A stretch of DNA of 63,370 bases, filler included, from Octopus bimaculoides (lineage: Eukaryota): assembly GCF_001194135.2 (NCBI RefSeq). It is 4 parts of 4 records of this genome, joined end to end, with 100 filler letters (N's around TTAATTAATTAA, not from the genome) between each part and the next. Parts side by side here need not be neighbours in the genome. Positions count along the whole stretch, not along the records: positions 45,754 to 60,919 come from NW_026362658.1; positions 61,020 to 63,370 come from NW_026384888.1; 2 more parts are not named here. One strand, 5' to 3'. Below, one piece after another: positions 48,273-61,499 of the stretch. The notes below the pieces were generated by a model that worked only from the letters and a program-made list of their open reading frames with translations, was not told where the DNA came from and did not search any database. The translations under genes were made by a program, and so were the position numbers. The number at the start of each line of letters is the position of its first letter. Within the stretch, counting starts at the first letter, position 1.

Positions 48273-49364
48273 CTAAGGGATATACAAAAAAAAACAAGTG
48301 ACTCTCAATACCAGTTCCCTTAGAAGTAAACAAGGCGCTATGGTAGGAATAAAATGGGTGAATAATATAGGGTATTAACCCATACTTGTTCATTTATAGT
48401 CTGGAGATCGAATCCACGTTCGGTGTTTCGTTGGCACTTCATTGTAGCACTACATCTTAATGAGAAGCAAGCGATCTATCCAGCAGAACATGTAACTCAC
48501 TCCCACACAGTTCCCGTCTACCAAATTCATTGACAAAGCATTAGTCAGCTCGGAGCTAAAATAGAAAACACTTGGCCAAAACGCAGCGCAATGACACCGA
48601 ATTCGAGACCACGTGGTTACAATACCAGCATCTTAACCACAAAGCCACGCCTGCACTTGTAATTTAACAGAAAACTTTATTCTTTCGTTATTTGTTCTTT
48701 CTATCTTCTATTATCTATTCTTCACATTTTTTTATGGGGTGGGAAGGGGCTTTAACTTTTTTCTTTTCTTTCTGTCATCGAAACTCACTTATGTATGGTA
48801 CATTCTCTGATATTAATAGAGACAAGGTCTCGAGATGTTTCTCTTCTTGATGAGATCGGCTGTCTTTATTAATCACAACCGTCGCCATCATTGTAATGTT
48901 CTTCTCCGTGGTTTTCTTAAATATCATGCATTAGATCTCTTTTGCTGTTTGGGTGTTTGGTTGTGTGTATATAAAAGTATGTCTATATATGTAAGTTGAA
49001 TGTATTTTCACCCACACACACACATATATATGTGTACCTATATGCGCACACATTTGTATATATACAGATATGCGCGTATGTGTCAGTATATGTGTGTAAA
49101 TCTATAAATATGTATACTAGTTTGTATATATAGTATGTGTATGTGTGTGTGTGTGTGTTATACATACTTTTATGCAAAGAGATATATACATTCGTATAAT
49201 ACATATATATATGCACACATGGATATATTTACATTTACATGTATCTATCTATACATATGTATGTGTATATATACATATGTATAAATATATATATATATAC
49301 GTATGTGCACACATACATATATGTTTGTATATATGTATATACATTCAGACATAGGTACGTAGAC

Positions 49365-49684
<320 letters not shown>

Positions 49685-50563
49685 CATACACATATTGTTA
49701 TATTGCCCTTTCTACTCTTCTCATCACTTCCTGAATTTAAATGCTTCTCTCTGAACAGCGTCTTCAAGATTGCCATTTAGGAATTTTCACAAAAGCTTCA
49801 AATAAAATACCTTGCGTTTATTTGTTCTGGATCTCCGAGTTCTAATCCTGCCGAGATCAACATTGTCTATCATCTCTCTGGGGTCGTTAAAATAAAATAC
49901 TGCTCAAATACTGAACGTGCTTTAATCGCCTAACACTCTTCTCCCAAAATTTTAGGCCTTTTGCTAATAAGGAACAATTGACGATGGTACGTTGGCGGAG
50001 TTGTTAAAGCGTTCGACTAAATACCTTACATTTTTTATTCTTTCGGCTCTTTAGGTTCTTAGTTCAAATCCCACCTTAGTCGGTGTAATCGATTCCCTTC
50101 TCCCCTCATAATTATTGATTTTGTGTCTAAATCAAAAACCATTACTACTAGATTATCAATACTAGAGTATCGGTGATTGATGAGTAATTCTATACTCTCC
50201 TCAGAACTCCTGAAATCCCAAGCTGGGGCACCTCTACTAAATGTGGTTTACTATCTGGCACAAGTCAAGGCTCCGTGTAGTACATTTAGAACAAAATGAA
50301 ATTTTGCAAATCATTCAGTCCATTGCTTCAGTTCATGGGTCTCCGTCGTTTACAACGATGAGCATTCAGGTGTTCAATCAACTGAACTATCTGCTCATTG
50401 CATTAACGCGAAAGTGGTTGAGTATTCCAATAAACATGTGTACCCCTAATGTAATTCTCATGCAGAATGACAAGGTTGGTGACAAGCCAGGACCATTAAA
50501 ACACAGCTGTACTCTGATAGGATTCTCAACAGTTTCCGTCTATCCTATTTCACTGATTGTGAA

Positions 50564-50860
50564 GGTGCGAGGCTCAGTGGTTATGGTATTAGGTTCGATT
50601 CCCGGCGGTGCGTTGTATCCTTGAGCAAGACACTTTATTTCACGTTTCTCCAGTTCACTCAGCTGGCAAAAATGAGTTGTACCTGCAATTCAAAGGGCCA
50701 GCCTTATCACAATCCGTGTCACGTGGAGTCTCCCTGAGAACTACGTTAAGGGTACGAGTGTCTGTGGAGTGCTCAGTTACTTGCACATTAATTTCACGAG
50801 CAGGCTTTTCTGTTGATCAGGTCAACTGAAACGCTAGACGTCGCAACCGACGGCGCGCCA
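50564..50860 (+). mobile_element. Type D SINE head with tail X
   Basis: GGCTCAGTGGTTATGG..GGTTCGATTCCCGG..CCTTGAGCAAGACACTTTATTTCAC; tail AATTCAAAGGGCCAGCCTT..GAGAACTACGTTAAGGGTAC is shared with 42530-42625. Confidence 0.8.
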
Positions 50861-52253
50861 GCTATTTCACCGACTATACATACGTTAACCCGAGAGCTCA
50901 CAGTAAAAAACATTTACTTAAACCACCACGGAGTACTAAGACCGAGACCTTGCGATTACGAAGCAAATTTCTCAACCATTCGATCGTGCCGCCTCCTATC
51001 GACGGAGTACTACGGTAAAAGGCATTTAAAATACCGCGTAGTAGAAACGAAACCGCGATCTTATGATTATGAAACAAACTTGTCAACCATTCAGTGGTAT
51101 CGTATCTACTAGACTGGTTACGCCAAAGAAATCGACATTTTTATGGTACTTTTTATCTGAAAGAAAGAGCAGTTACCGTCTTTAATTATGTACTGTAGAT
51201 CTTTCAAACCAACTGTATATTTAGCCAGGAGCAACACGCAATCGAAAGAGTGTTATTAATAAATAACATAGAGAAACCACACAATCATTCATTTATCCAT
51301 AATATGGTTCCTTTGCCCGTATGACACTTGTCAATATCATGACGTCGATTAATTTTTAACGCGTGTGCAACAGAAAATACAAACAAAAACTAAAAACATG
51401 TATTGATTATTTTCTGAAAAAATATAATGAATGGTATTTCATAAAGTCAAACAATTAACTGTGATTATCGCTTTGGTCAGATTGAAATACAATGCAGAAA
51501 AGAAGTGAATTGATAATGCTAAGAGATATGACGGAAAAATTATTAATAATAAGCGACTAATAAATTATCGGGCGATTTAGTAACATAGAGAGAACCATTA
51601 CGTTTTAAACACACAAATATATACACACATACATACATATGGTGCAAAAAATTTTTTAAAATTTACATGATGATGTGGTAAAAAAAAAAAGACGAAAAGG
51701 AGTGTATTAGCTGACGATCATTACAAGCCTACGCTCTTCTACTGAAAAGCAGATGAAGAGAGAAAATAGGGAGAAAAGAACAAGCACTTCTCAAACAGAC
51801 GATCACAGCATTATGGAATGACCATGTAAATATATATATATATATATATATATATTACGGAGATGTACTTGCATAGCAAGTGATCTGATCTGAGACAGTG
51901 TTCTGAAACAAAAACAGTTGCAGCGTGGAAGGTGTTTATAAGCCATTTAAAAACACACAAGAACTGTTAGATTCACTTCAACATTTAGATTTAATTTGCC
52001 AAAATATTTTCGTCGATTTGAGACCACGACCTGTTCACTGACAAAATTCCGTGCTATATACATATATATNNNNNNNNNNNNNNNNNNNNNNNNNNNNNNN
52101 NNNNNNNNNNNNNNNNNNNNNNNNNNNNNNNNNNNNNNNNNNNNNNNNNNNNNNNNNNNNNNNNNNNNNNNNNNNNNNNNNNNNNNNNNNNNNNNNNNNN
52201 NNNNNNNNNNNNNNNNNNNNNNNNNNNNNNNNNNNNNNNNNNNNNNNNNNNNN

Positions 52254-52293
<40 letters not shown>

Positions 52294-52905
52294 GGCGGTG
52301 CCCCAGCATGGCCACAGCTCATGACCTGAAACTAGATAAAATGAAAATGAAAATGAAATATACACACACACATACACATACTTGTTAATCGAAAGTGAAT
52401 GCTTATCTCGTAACAGCTATTCGAGCACAACGATCATCGGGTGAAAACTGGGTCGGTGTGTGATGCATGTACGTGTGTGTTTATGTCTGTATGTTTGTGA
52501 GTGTCTGGGTGTTTGCGTGTGCGCTTGCATGTACGGGTTTTGGGGTTCGGTTCCGCTGCGCGGCACTCTTGGTAAAGTGTCTTCTACTATATCAACGAGC
52601 CATCAAAGCCTTGTGACCCAATTTCATAGAAGGAAACTATGTGAAAGCCTGTCGTATGTGTATGAGTGTGTGTCTGTGTGTGTGTATGTATGTGTGTGTG
52701 TGTGTGTGTGGACTCACTGCTTGATAACCGGTGTTGGTTTGTTTACTATAGCTTCGGACCGACCAAAGACTTGTGAGAGAATTTAGTGTGGAAACCTGTC
52801 ATATACATAGATAGTTGGAATTTACAAAAAAAAAACCAAACGAAAGGCGAAGACGGGTGCGTAAACAACAAATGTATTACTTTAACGCTCGGGAAGTGAG
52901 AAAGT

Positions 52906-52941
52906 CTTTTACGTTTCGAACCTACGCTCTTCGACAGAAAG
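52906..52941 (-). ncRNA. Degenerate hammerhead-like motif
   Basis: CUUU CUGUCGA A GAGC GUAG GUUC GAAAC GUA AAAG: stems I and II pair and the triplet is GUA, but conserved A6 is U. Confidence 0.35.
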
Positions 52942-53879
52942 GAATACAGAAATAAGCAGAGTGAGAAAATAAATACATACATTCATACTTATACATATAC
53001 ACACATATTAATTGCTGGTAGGGACACAGTAGCTTCTTTTGTAACCCAATATACTTACGAAGTATATTAAAGGTTTTTAAGTCAATATTGTCGCCTACTT
53101 TTGTGTTAGCAGTGAGATGCAATCACTTCTAAGTGCGCATGTGCGTATGTGTGTGAGCATGTGAGCGTGTGCGTATCCCCCTTCCCGACACTGCTTGACA
53201 CCTGATGCTGGTTTACTCACATTAGCATAACTCGACAAAAGAGTCCGATAGAGTAAGTACCAGAGTTAAAACAAAAAGTAAAATAATACTAGGAGTTGAT
53301 TTGTTCGACTATAAACCCCTTTAACACTTTGCCCCAGCATGGCCGCAGTCCAGTGCCAAGATGAAAGATATAACATTCGCAAGAACGCAAGGATATCATA
53401 GAAAACGAGATAGCCGTATCAACATAGAAACTTTTTCTTTCAATGATTACTGGTAAACAACAGCTGATGGCGTTACGTCAACTCTCTCAGACATTGATCT
53501 GGTTTAATCTTTGTTCCTTGATGAGTGTTATTAGATTTGAAAACAAATTATGATCAGATTAAATCAAGACAATGCGGGAACGGAGTTATGGTAAAGAAAA
53601 TTAGTTTTCAGCTAATGAATTATCAAAGAATTTTATGCATTCGGTTTCTCACCAGGAAAGCAATCACGGAATGCAGTCTGTTGGTGCAATGTCGCTATTT
53701 CATCGCTCCTTATATTTTTCGTTCGTTCGCCCGTTATTACACTTTCTTTCCAACATCAAAATCAAGATACAACTAACTGTGGGGTGTACAGAGTTACCTT
53801 TGAACAACTGATGTACGAGCAAGACCCTGAACGTTACTGACTCGAGCCCCGGTTTATATGGCATATAAGTGACCGAGAT

Positions 53880-54062
53880 CTCAACATTCTCTCTGAACCG
53901 GAGGCCAGTTCGTTGCAGGGTAACTCATTTACAGCTGAGTGGACTGGGGCAACGAGAAATGAAGCGTTTCGCTCAAGAACACAACGCATCGTCCGATCCA
54001 GGAATCGAAATCACGATGTTGCAATCACGAGTGCAATATCTTAACCACTAAGTCACGTGCCT
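53880..54062 (-). mobile_element. Type D SINE (degenerate) with a Y-like tail
   Basis: Reverse complement GTGACTTAGTGGTTAAGA..TTCGATTCCTGG..GTTGTGTTCTTGAGC..CCAGTCCACTCAGCTGTAAATGAG. Confidence 0.7.
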
Positions 54063-54549
54063 TTGCATTTCACGAGAGCAGGAACCGGGAAATTAATTTC
54101 CTGTTATGATCCACGGATGGCATTGTTGCGTGACTTTCGAATTTATGACGAATTTAGTATTTTTCAGACACACATGCAAAATCCGGGTATATAAGATTAT
54201 ATGGCGATAATAATAATGTGTAGCTCTAGGTCAGATGCAAATGAGAAAACCTCTTGTGAAAGCCGTTCCATCCGCAACCATCTAGTCTTATTTTCCTCCC
54301 GATATCAACATTATCAAATGTAGACTTTTTTAAACGAAAAAAAAAGAGGTAGAGTGTGATTTGTGGGAGCTTTGACTGCGGTTTTTAGCAGGTCAAGTGG
54401 TTATGTTGGCTCCCTTGTCGCCTAGTTATGTGAGTCATTATTTGGTGGTCTTTGATAATATTTGGACTATTTACATTCAGTGCACAGAGTGAAGCGTGTT
54501 CTCCACCGACGAGAATTAATATGACTGAAACATGTCGGAAATTCTCTAC

Positions 54550-54643
54550 CTTCCTTGTTGCGATGATTAACATATTAAAAAGATTTGGCTGATATTTCAG
54601 GAACTCTAATAAGCCCATAGAAGTTCCTTTATTGGCACGACAC
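54550..54643 (-). CDS. Candidate 94-nt coding exon of an unidentified gene
   Basis: Extended pyrimidine tract ending GTATTTCATTTTAG; only one frame is open (CRANKGTSMGLLEFLKYQPNLFNMLIIATRK); donor AAG|GTAGAG. It lies inside the 135-aa ORF 54385-54792 in non-repeat sequence. Confidence 0.35.
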
Positions 54644-55275
54644 CTAAAATGAAATACGTGCACGTGACAAAGAAATTGACAGTAAAGGAGATAAAGAACG
54701 AGACAGGGAGATGTTCGAGAGGGGAGAGAGAGAGAGAGTTGGGAAGAGTGATTTTCAAGTTCAGATAAAACAATATCAACGAAAAAAAACAAATAATTCG
54801 AACATACTACTTCATTACCGACAACAACAACAAAAAATTAAAAAATAACACAGAACAAAACAAAATATAATTAAAAATATATTGATTTTAATTTTGGTCT
54901 CTTAAAAAGTTAAATCTGTCAGATTTTCAAAATATCAGCGTATAAGAGAAATCTAAATAAAAATTCTTAAAAATATGTAAAAATTTCCTGAAAGGCAAAA
55001 ATTTATTCGAAAGTAGTCTGTCTTTCTATTTAAGAAAATAGTGAATAATATCGATTTTAAGTTTCTTCGGTTAAAAAGTTTAAATTTTCCAAAATATTCA
55101 AGATTTTCAACTCAAGTACTCAAAGAGCGTTTCTAGAAGATTTTTAGAAATCTTCAAAATACAAGACTTTCAAGATTTTGGAATAAAAGAATACCAAATA
55201 ATAAATAAACAAATGTAGTTTTTAGAACCGTATCTACCAAATAATCTTTGAATGGTTCTCCTTAGTTTACTGTAG

Positions 55276-55306
<31 letters not shown>

Positions 55307-55676
55307 TGTAGATATGTATACATGTATATATGTATGTGGGTAGGTATGTAGGTATCTAGGTATGCATGTATGTATATATGTGTGTGTACAGATATATATA
55401 TATATATATATATAGATAGATAGATATTTATGTGTGTGTACATATGCGTGTATCTATATACGTATACATATATATATATGTATCTATATATAGATGTGTA
55501 TCTGTTTGTGTGTGTGTGTACAGATAGATATATATATATATATATATATATATACGTATATACATATGTGCATAATTATATATGTACATATGCACATGCA
55601 TATATACATATTTACATGCACATATGTATATATATATATATATACATACATATTCACATGCATTTATATCTATATC

Positions 55677-55730
<54 letters not shown>

Positions 55731-56534
55731 CGTACATAGTCATATACATATATGTATTTATGCATATTCATATCTGTGTATAGGTACATTTGGCTTACAA
55801 ATGGGAGAAAAAAGAATTGAACACTAAATTCATGGTGCATATTTATAATTTATACGTGTGCATATATGTATATATATTATTTATACGTATATATGTACAT
55901 ATATATATATATATATATATANNNNNNNNNNNNNNNNNNNNNNNNNNNNNNNNNNNNNNNNNNNNNNNNNNNNNNNNNNNNNNNNNNNNNNNNNNNNNNN
56001 NNNNNNNNNNNNNNNNNNNNNNNNNNNNNNNNNNNNNNNNNNNNNNNNNNNNNNNNNNNNNNNNNNNNNNNNNNNNNNNNNNNNNNNNNNNNNNNNNNNN
56101 NNNNNNNNNNNNNNNNNNNNNNNNNNNNNNNNNNNNNNNNNNNNNNNNNNNNNNNNNNNNNNNNNNNNNNNNNNNNNNNNNNNNNNNNNNNNNNNNNNNN
56201 NNNNNNNNNNNNNNNNNNNNNNNNNNNNNNNNNNNNNNNNNNNNNNNNNNNNNNNNNNNNNNNNNNNNNNNNNNNNNNNNNNNNNNNNNNNNNNNNNNNN
56301 NNNNNNNNNNNNNNNNNNNNNNNNNNNNNNNNNNNNNNNNNNNNNNNNNNNNNNNNNNNNNNNNNNNNNNNNNNNNNNNNNNNNNNNNNNNNNNNNNNNN
56401 NNNNNNNNNNNNNNNNNNNNNNNNNNNNNNNNNNNNNNNNNNNNNNNNNNNNNNNNNNNNNNNNNNNNNATATATATACGATTACTGTATATGTATATGC
56501 ATTTATACGTGTTTGTATGTATGTATGTGTCTAT

Positions 56535-56700
56535 CTGAGTATGTATGTATGTCATTATTCACTTTTATTTTAAGATTTCTTGCCAACAGAGAAAGAGCCG
56601 GTTTCTAACCTAGATCCAAGGCCCCTTCTTTGGAACTTTAACATCAAGAGGGAATTTTTGTATGTATATGTGCAGATTTTTTATGCTTTGTTTTATATAT
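56535..56700 (-). mobile_element. Solo 3' tail of the (CATA)n-associated R4-like lineage
   Basis: Reverse complement AAGGGGCCTTGGATCTAGGTTAGAAACCGGCTCTTTCTCT..AATAATGACATACATAC matches 6128-6215. Confidence 0.85.
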
Positions 56701-56712
56701 GTATGTATGTTT

Positions 56713-56935
56713 GGGGTGGGCTAGTGGTTAGGATGTTGGACTCATGATCCTAAGATTGCTGTTTCGATTCCTGAAACGGGCGATGCATTGTGTTCTTGAG
56801 CAAAACACTTCACTTTCTATTGCCCCAGTAAACCTAAGCTAGTAAAAAAAAAAGTTAATCTTCCGATAAACCGGCGTCCCATGCAGGGTGGGGTGTATGT
56901 GCCACAGAAACCGGGAAATCGGCCCTTGGGGTCTA
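56713..56935 (+). mobile_element. Type D SINE head with tail Y
   Basis: AGTGGTTAGGATG..TTTCGATTCCTG..GTGTTCTTGAGCAAAACACTT; tail CCGGCGTCCC..GCCACAGAAACCGGGAAA. Confidence 0.7.
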
Positions 56936-57234
56936 TATTACTCGGGAATGATCTTTATCCCTTTTTTTATATATACTTGTATACATAGATTTATATTTAT
57001 TTATATCCATATGTATGTATATATGCAAGTATGCATATATGTATGTATGTATGTATGCATGCATTTATGTATGCATGTATGTACGTATGTACGTACGTAT
57101 GTATGCGTGTATGTATGTATGTATGTATGTAGGTTCGTATGTACGTATTTAGGCATGGCTGTATGGTTATGAAAATCGCTCTTCAGCCACTACGTGACAC
57201 ACTGGGTGTCCTCTATCAATACTGTATAAGTGAA

Positions 57235-57288
<54 letters not shown>

Positions 57289-57350
57289 TTTTGGCTTTGT
57301 TTCCACTTCTACCGCTGCTTAACAACCAATGTGGGCTCGATTTCGTTACC

Positions 57351-57895
57351 GTAAATTAGCCCTCCTTCGGCAAAACTGCGTGGAGGCGCAATGGCCCAGT
57401 GGTTAGGGCAGCAGACTCGCGGTCGGAGGATTGCGGTTTCGATTACCAGACCGGGTGTTGTGTGTGTTTATTGAGTGAAAACACCTAAAGCTCCACGAGG
57501 CTCCGGCAGAGGGTGGTGGCGACTCCTGTTGTACTCTTTCGCCCCAACTTTCTCTCACTCTTTCTNNNNNNNNNNGTAAATTAGCCCTCCTTCGGCAAAA
57601 CTGCGTGGAGGCGCAATGGCCCAGTGGTTAGGGCAGCAGACTCGCGGTCGGAGGATTGCGGTTTCGATTACCAGACCGGGTGTTGTGTGTGTTTATTGAG
57701 TGAAAACACCTAAAGCTCCACGAGGCTCCGGCAGAGGGTGGTGGCGACTCCTGTTGTACTCTTTCGCCCCAACTTTCTCTCACTCTTTCTTCCTGTTTTT
57801 TTTTAGTAACGCTGCGGTGTACTGGCGTCCCGTCCAGCTGGGGGGAACACGTACGCCATAGAAACCGGGAAACCGGGCCCATGAGCCTGGATAGG
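57351..57895 (+). mobile_element. Type C SINE (57607-57895, tail Y) with its first 215 bp duplicated across a 10-N gap
   Basis: 57351-57565 appears identical to 57576-57790. Confidence 0.85.
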
Positions 57896-58226
57896 CTTTA
57901 AAAGGGCGCAAGACGAAGAAGAATTGTATCTTGTGGAATTATGTTCATCCAGTTTCCTAAAATACGACATTCGGTCTTCCAACCGTTAACACGGCGCATC
58001 GTTGTACTGCGGCCATCCTGGAGCAGCAGCTTGAAGGGTTTTATTCGAAAAAAGTAAAAAAAAAACCCTCCCTAATGTATATATATTTTTTAAGCGCGGC
58101 ACTTCTTCTCCGAATACTTTTTGTCGAACCTTTAATTTATGAGGACATGAACAAGGCAACCCCGGTTGTCAAGCAGGGTATGGGTGACAAACAGAAACAT
58201 GCACACATATACACGCACACACATAT

Positions 58227-58269
<43 letters not shown>

Positions 58270-58451
58270 TACGTACTGTTTCTGTCTACCAATTTTCCAC
58301 ACAGGGCATTGGTCACTTTGGGTGTCTTGGAGCGAGGCAAAACCCAAAAATCTTGTGTTTACAAACCAAGCTTCGTAACGGTATACCGATATACACGTGC
58401 CTGCGCTTATAATATCGGTGTTTTTTTTTATCTTATGACTGTAAAGCTCTA

Positions 58452-59071
58452 AAGTAGTTGTATGCTGTCAACTTAATGTGATAGTCCCCTGAAGGGAATA
58501 ATACTACTGTTGGTTAGACCTAGGAAGCTGCACTGCTTCCTGTCGGCCTTGACACATTTCCTGTGTCCTTATGTTTACAAGGGGGAGACAAGCACCTCCA
58601 CCCAGCTAAGCCTGCATCCAGAGACATGTTTCTGAGTCTTTGCTCATCATCAGTCTGGAGTAGCATGACCTGCTAGTCGAAGATGCCTGTCAAGCTCTTG
58701 TAAACATATAATAATTCTAGTGAAATGCATTCACTCATTTCAAATTTAGAAATAATACATTTCTAAATCTCTTAGAGAGATTTATGTAGTAGTAATACGA
58801 TGAAGTAGTTGTATGTTGTCAGCTTAATGCTGACAGTCCCATGAAGGGAATAATACTACTGTTGGTTAGACCTAGGAAGCTGCACCGCTTCCTGTCGGCC
58901 TTGGCACATTTCCTGTGTCCTTATGTTTACAAGGGGGAGACAAGCACCTCCACTCAGCTAAGCCTGCATCCAGAGACATGTTTCTGAGTCTGGGGACTGT
59001 CACATTAACTTCACAGCATACAACTACTTCATCGTATCACTACTGCATAAAGAAATATATTATTTCTAAAT
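58452..59071. mobile_element. Pseudo-LTR-like structure: ~188-bp direct repeats plus a terminal inverted segment
   Basis: 58452-58639 is repeated at 58803-58991. 58993-59071 is an inverted copy of ~58744-58840. Confidence 0.8.
58617..58659 (-). ncRNA. Minimal type-I hammerhead ribozyme motif
   Basis: UCCAGA CUGAUGA UGAG CAAAGA CUCA GAAAC AU GUC UCUGGA: perfect 6-bp stem I, 4-bp stem II, palindromic ACAUGU stem III, GUC triplet. Confidence 0.85.
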
Positions 59072-59442
59072 GTGAAGCTTTAGTTCCAATCATTTTCGTT
59101 AGACTTTTGTTAACTCCTTTTTGAAGAGCTCCTGTGACTTCCGGTTGCTCACCGAAACTATCCATACCGCAACTCACTCCTTTACTTTGTAACAATTTTA
59201 GCGACCAGATCAATGCTCTATTTACGCCAATTTCTGTCATCCTGGTTTGTTTGTTCTTTTTCCTTCGCGTCATTTTAGATTATTTTTAATTCATTTTGAT
59301 TCATTTTCACTTTATTTTACCTTCATCTTGCTTTATTTTTTAGCCATCTCGTTTCCACTCCATTTTCAAATCAATTTGTTTCTTTTACCATTTTTTAATT
59401 CTCTACTTTATAAGTTTAAGAATCTCTATATGCCACTGTGTG

Positions 59443-59474
<32 letters not shown>

Positions 59475-59485
59475 CGTGCGTGCGC

Positions 59486-59518
<33 letters not shown>

Positions 59519-61499
59519 TGTGTTATAAATTTATGAATTTTTTATTGCAGTTTATTTACATATCTTTATTACATAAATTTTTTCGCCAGATAAAAGATTT
59601 TTAAAATCGCCATTTTATATCATCTATATTGCCTTTTAAGATTCATTAGCTATTTGTGCGCATACTTTATACCCACCGCCCATCCAGCATAGTTCAGTGC
59701 CCCCTCAGCTCTGTGTTTTTTATGTGTGTATTTTTTAATATGCATCTATCTCTTGATATTCAGAAGGATTTTGCTTGTTGATGGAATTTGCGTCCATATA
59801 CAGAATCTACAGAATGTATATGTGAGAGTATATGTACGTAGCTGTGTTTTTTTTAATGAATTTAGGCGTGTGTCTTTGCGAGTGTGTGTGAGCGTGTGTG
59901 TAGAAAAGTGTCAAGCCGTGAAAACGAAGAACGAGGAGACAGACATATTTTTTATAATTTTATAGATTTATATTTATTATATGTTTTAATAAAATATGTT
60001 TTTATAAATTCATGTTTTGGCAAATTTTTGCTACCTATGTTTTTTTCATTAGATATAGAAAGATATTTTTAATGGTCTTATGCACTTTTACAACATTTAA
60101 TATACAAACATATTTTATACACAAACGCTCAAATTCAAAATGCAAAACTTGAAAATTGAGAGTTACTACCACCACCACCACCACCACCCCAGTGGCAAAT
60201 CAGAACCTAGTCTTTTATTCAAATCTTATCGCAGGGTTCTTTCTATAAAAGACAGTATAAGTACGTCGTTTCTCCGTTGAGCTTCTTCTACATCATAAGT
60301 CTTTTTTTTATTCTAATAGCTTCTTTCCTTGAACTACTGTATATTGTATCTCATCACTTCTGCTCTATAGCATTCAGTGTTTTAAATTTTCTCTCAATCC
60401 ACATCTTTTGAATCTATAGGCTTTTTCCTTCTTTGTTGTCCCTTACGTTACAATCGTTTCAAGACTTATTTGGAAGAAAATCACATTTAAAAAACGTTAA
60501 CTTGTATAACAACACTCTCTGGTCATTATTATGCATCTTAAGAAGAGAGTACTTTCTAGCAAGCGTTTTGAGCTCCCGGGCTAGAGATAAAGCCTTCTCT
60601 ATCAATCATGGCAACCACTCAGAATGCCTCGGCTGAGCACCCACAACGGTTTCCATTGTGTTTCAGCCGGAAAAAAATTATTAGATATTGACAGTATAGA
60701 GGGTTGCAGACAACGACAACAAATTAAGTGCAACGTTGTCAATAAAGCAATCGATCGCCAATCGATACTTCTACGTGCGTGTGCGTATGTGTGTGTGTGA
60801 AGTAACGTTATATCAATAGCTTCTTCATATCGTTTTCAATCTCAAATACGCATTTCGATTGGTATAATGTCTCATATCATTAATTTAAAAGACATGTTAT
60901 GAATTTTATATATATATATNNNNNNNNNNNNNNNNNNNNNNNNNNNNNNNNNNNNNNNNNNNNTTAATTAATTAANNNNNNNNNNNNNNNNNNNNNNNNN
61001 NNNNNNNNNNNNNNNNNNNTGAAACTCGAATCTATGTAATCGGCATCTCCCACCTTGAATGCTGGGACTTCTGCCGTAATTTGAAATCAATATTTGATAC
61101 GCTGTTTAAACTTAGTCCATTTTATCTGGGAGCATTGCGTCAACTGTTTACAATTACTAGCAACTCTATTCCAAATAGCTGGTTCGCTTAAATTCTAATT
61201 GAAAATAATCTGTTCGACTCCGGAGTGTATTTTACCAAATTTGCATGAAGAATTAGCAATTTTTCTCTGCCGAGCCTCAAGCTCCCGGTGTGCGAACATG
61301 GAGAGCATGTACAAGAATCTGGTTACTTTTGATTTTGCAAAAACATTAAAGCTATTTGTTGATAAAGCATCTGAACTGCTTCTCGACTCGGGTCCATGGA
61401 AGCAAAATAGTATGAATTGGGGACCCACAACAGTATATTAAGGGTCCAAATGTTAGTGTTGTACACTGAAATTCATACTCTTTCGAATTTTTTAGTCAC

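Noticed and set aside
50241-50560. 127-aa ORF as a host gene
   Set aside because: LTRKWLSIP resembles a non-LTR post-RT motif and the ORF runs into a SINE; probably a decayed retroelement, and too weak to call.
57351-57790. Apparently perfect 215-bp tandem duplication
   Set aside because: It straddles a 10-N gap with no visible differences, so it is most likely an unmerged contig overlap.
61199-61441. 80-aa ORF resembling a hAT dimerisation domain (LAIFL..ASSS..CE)
   Set aside because: The similarity needs a frameshift and rests on a few residues; not supportable without a profile search.
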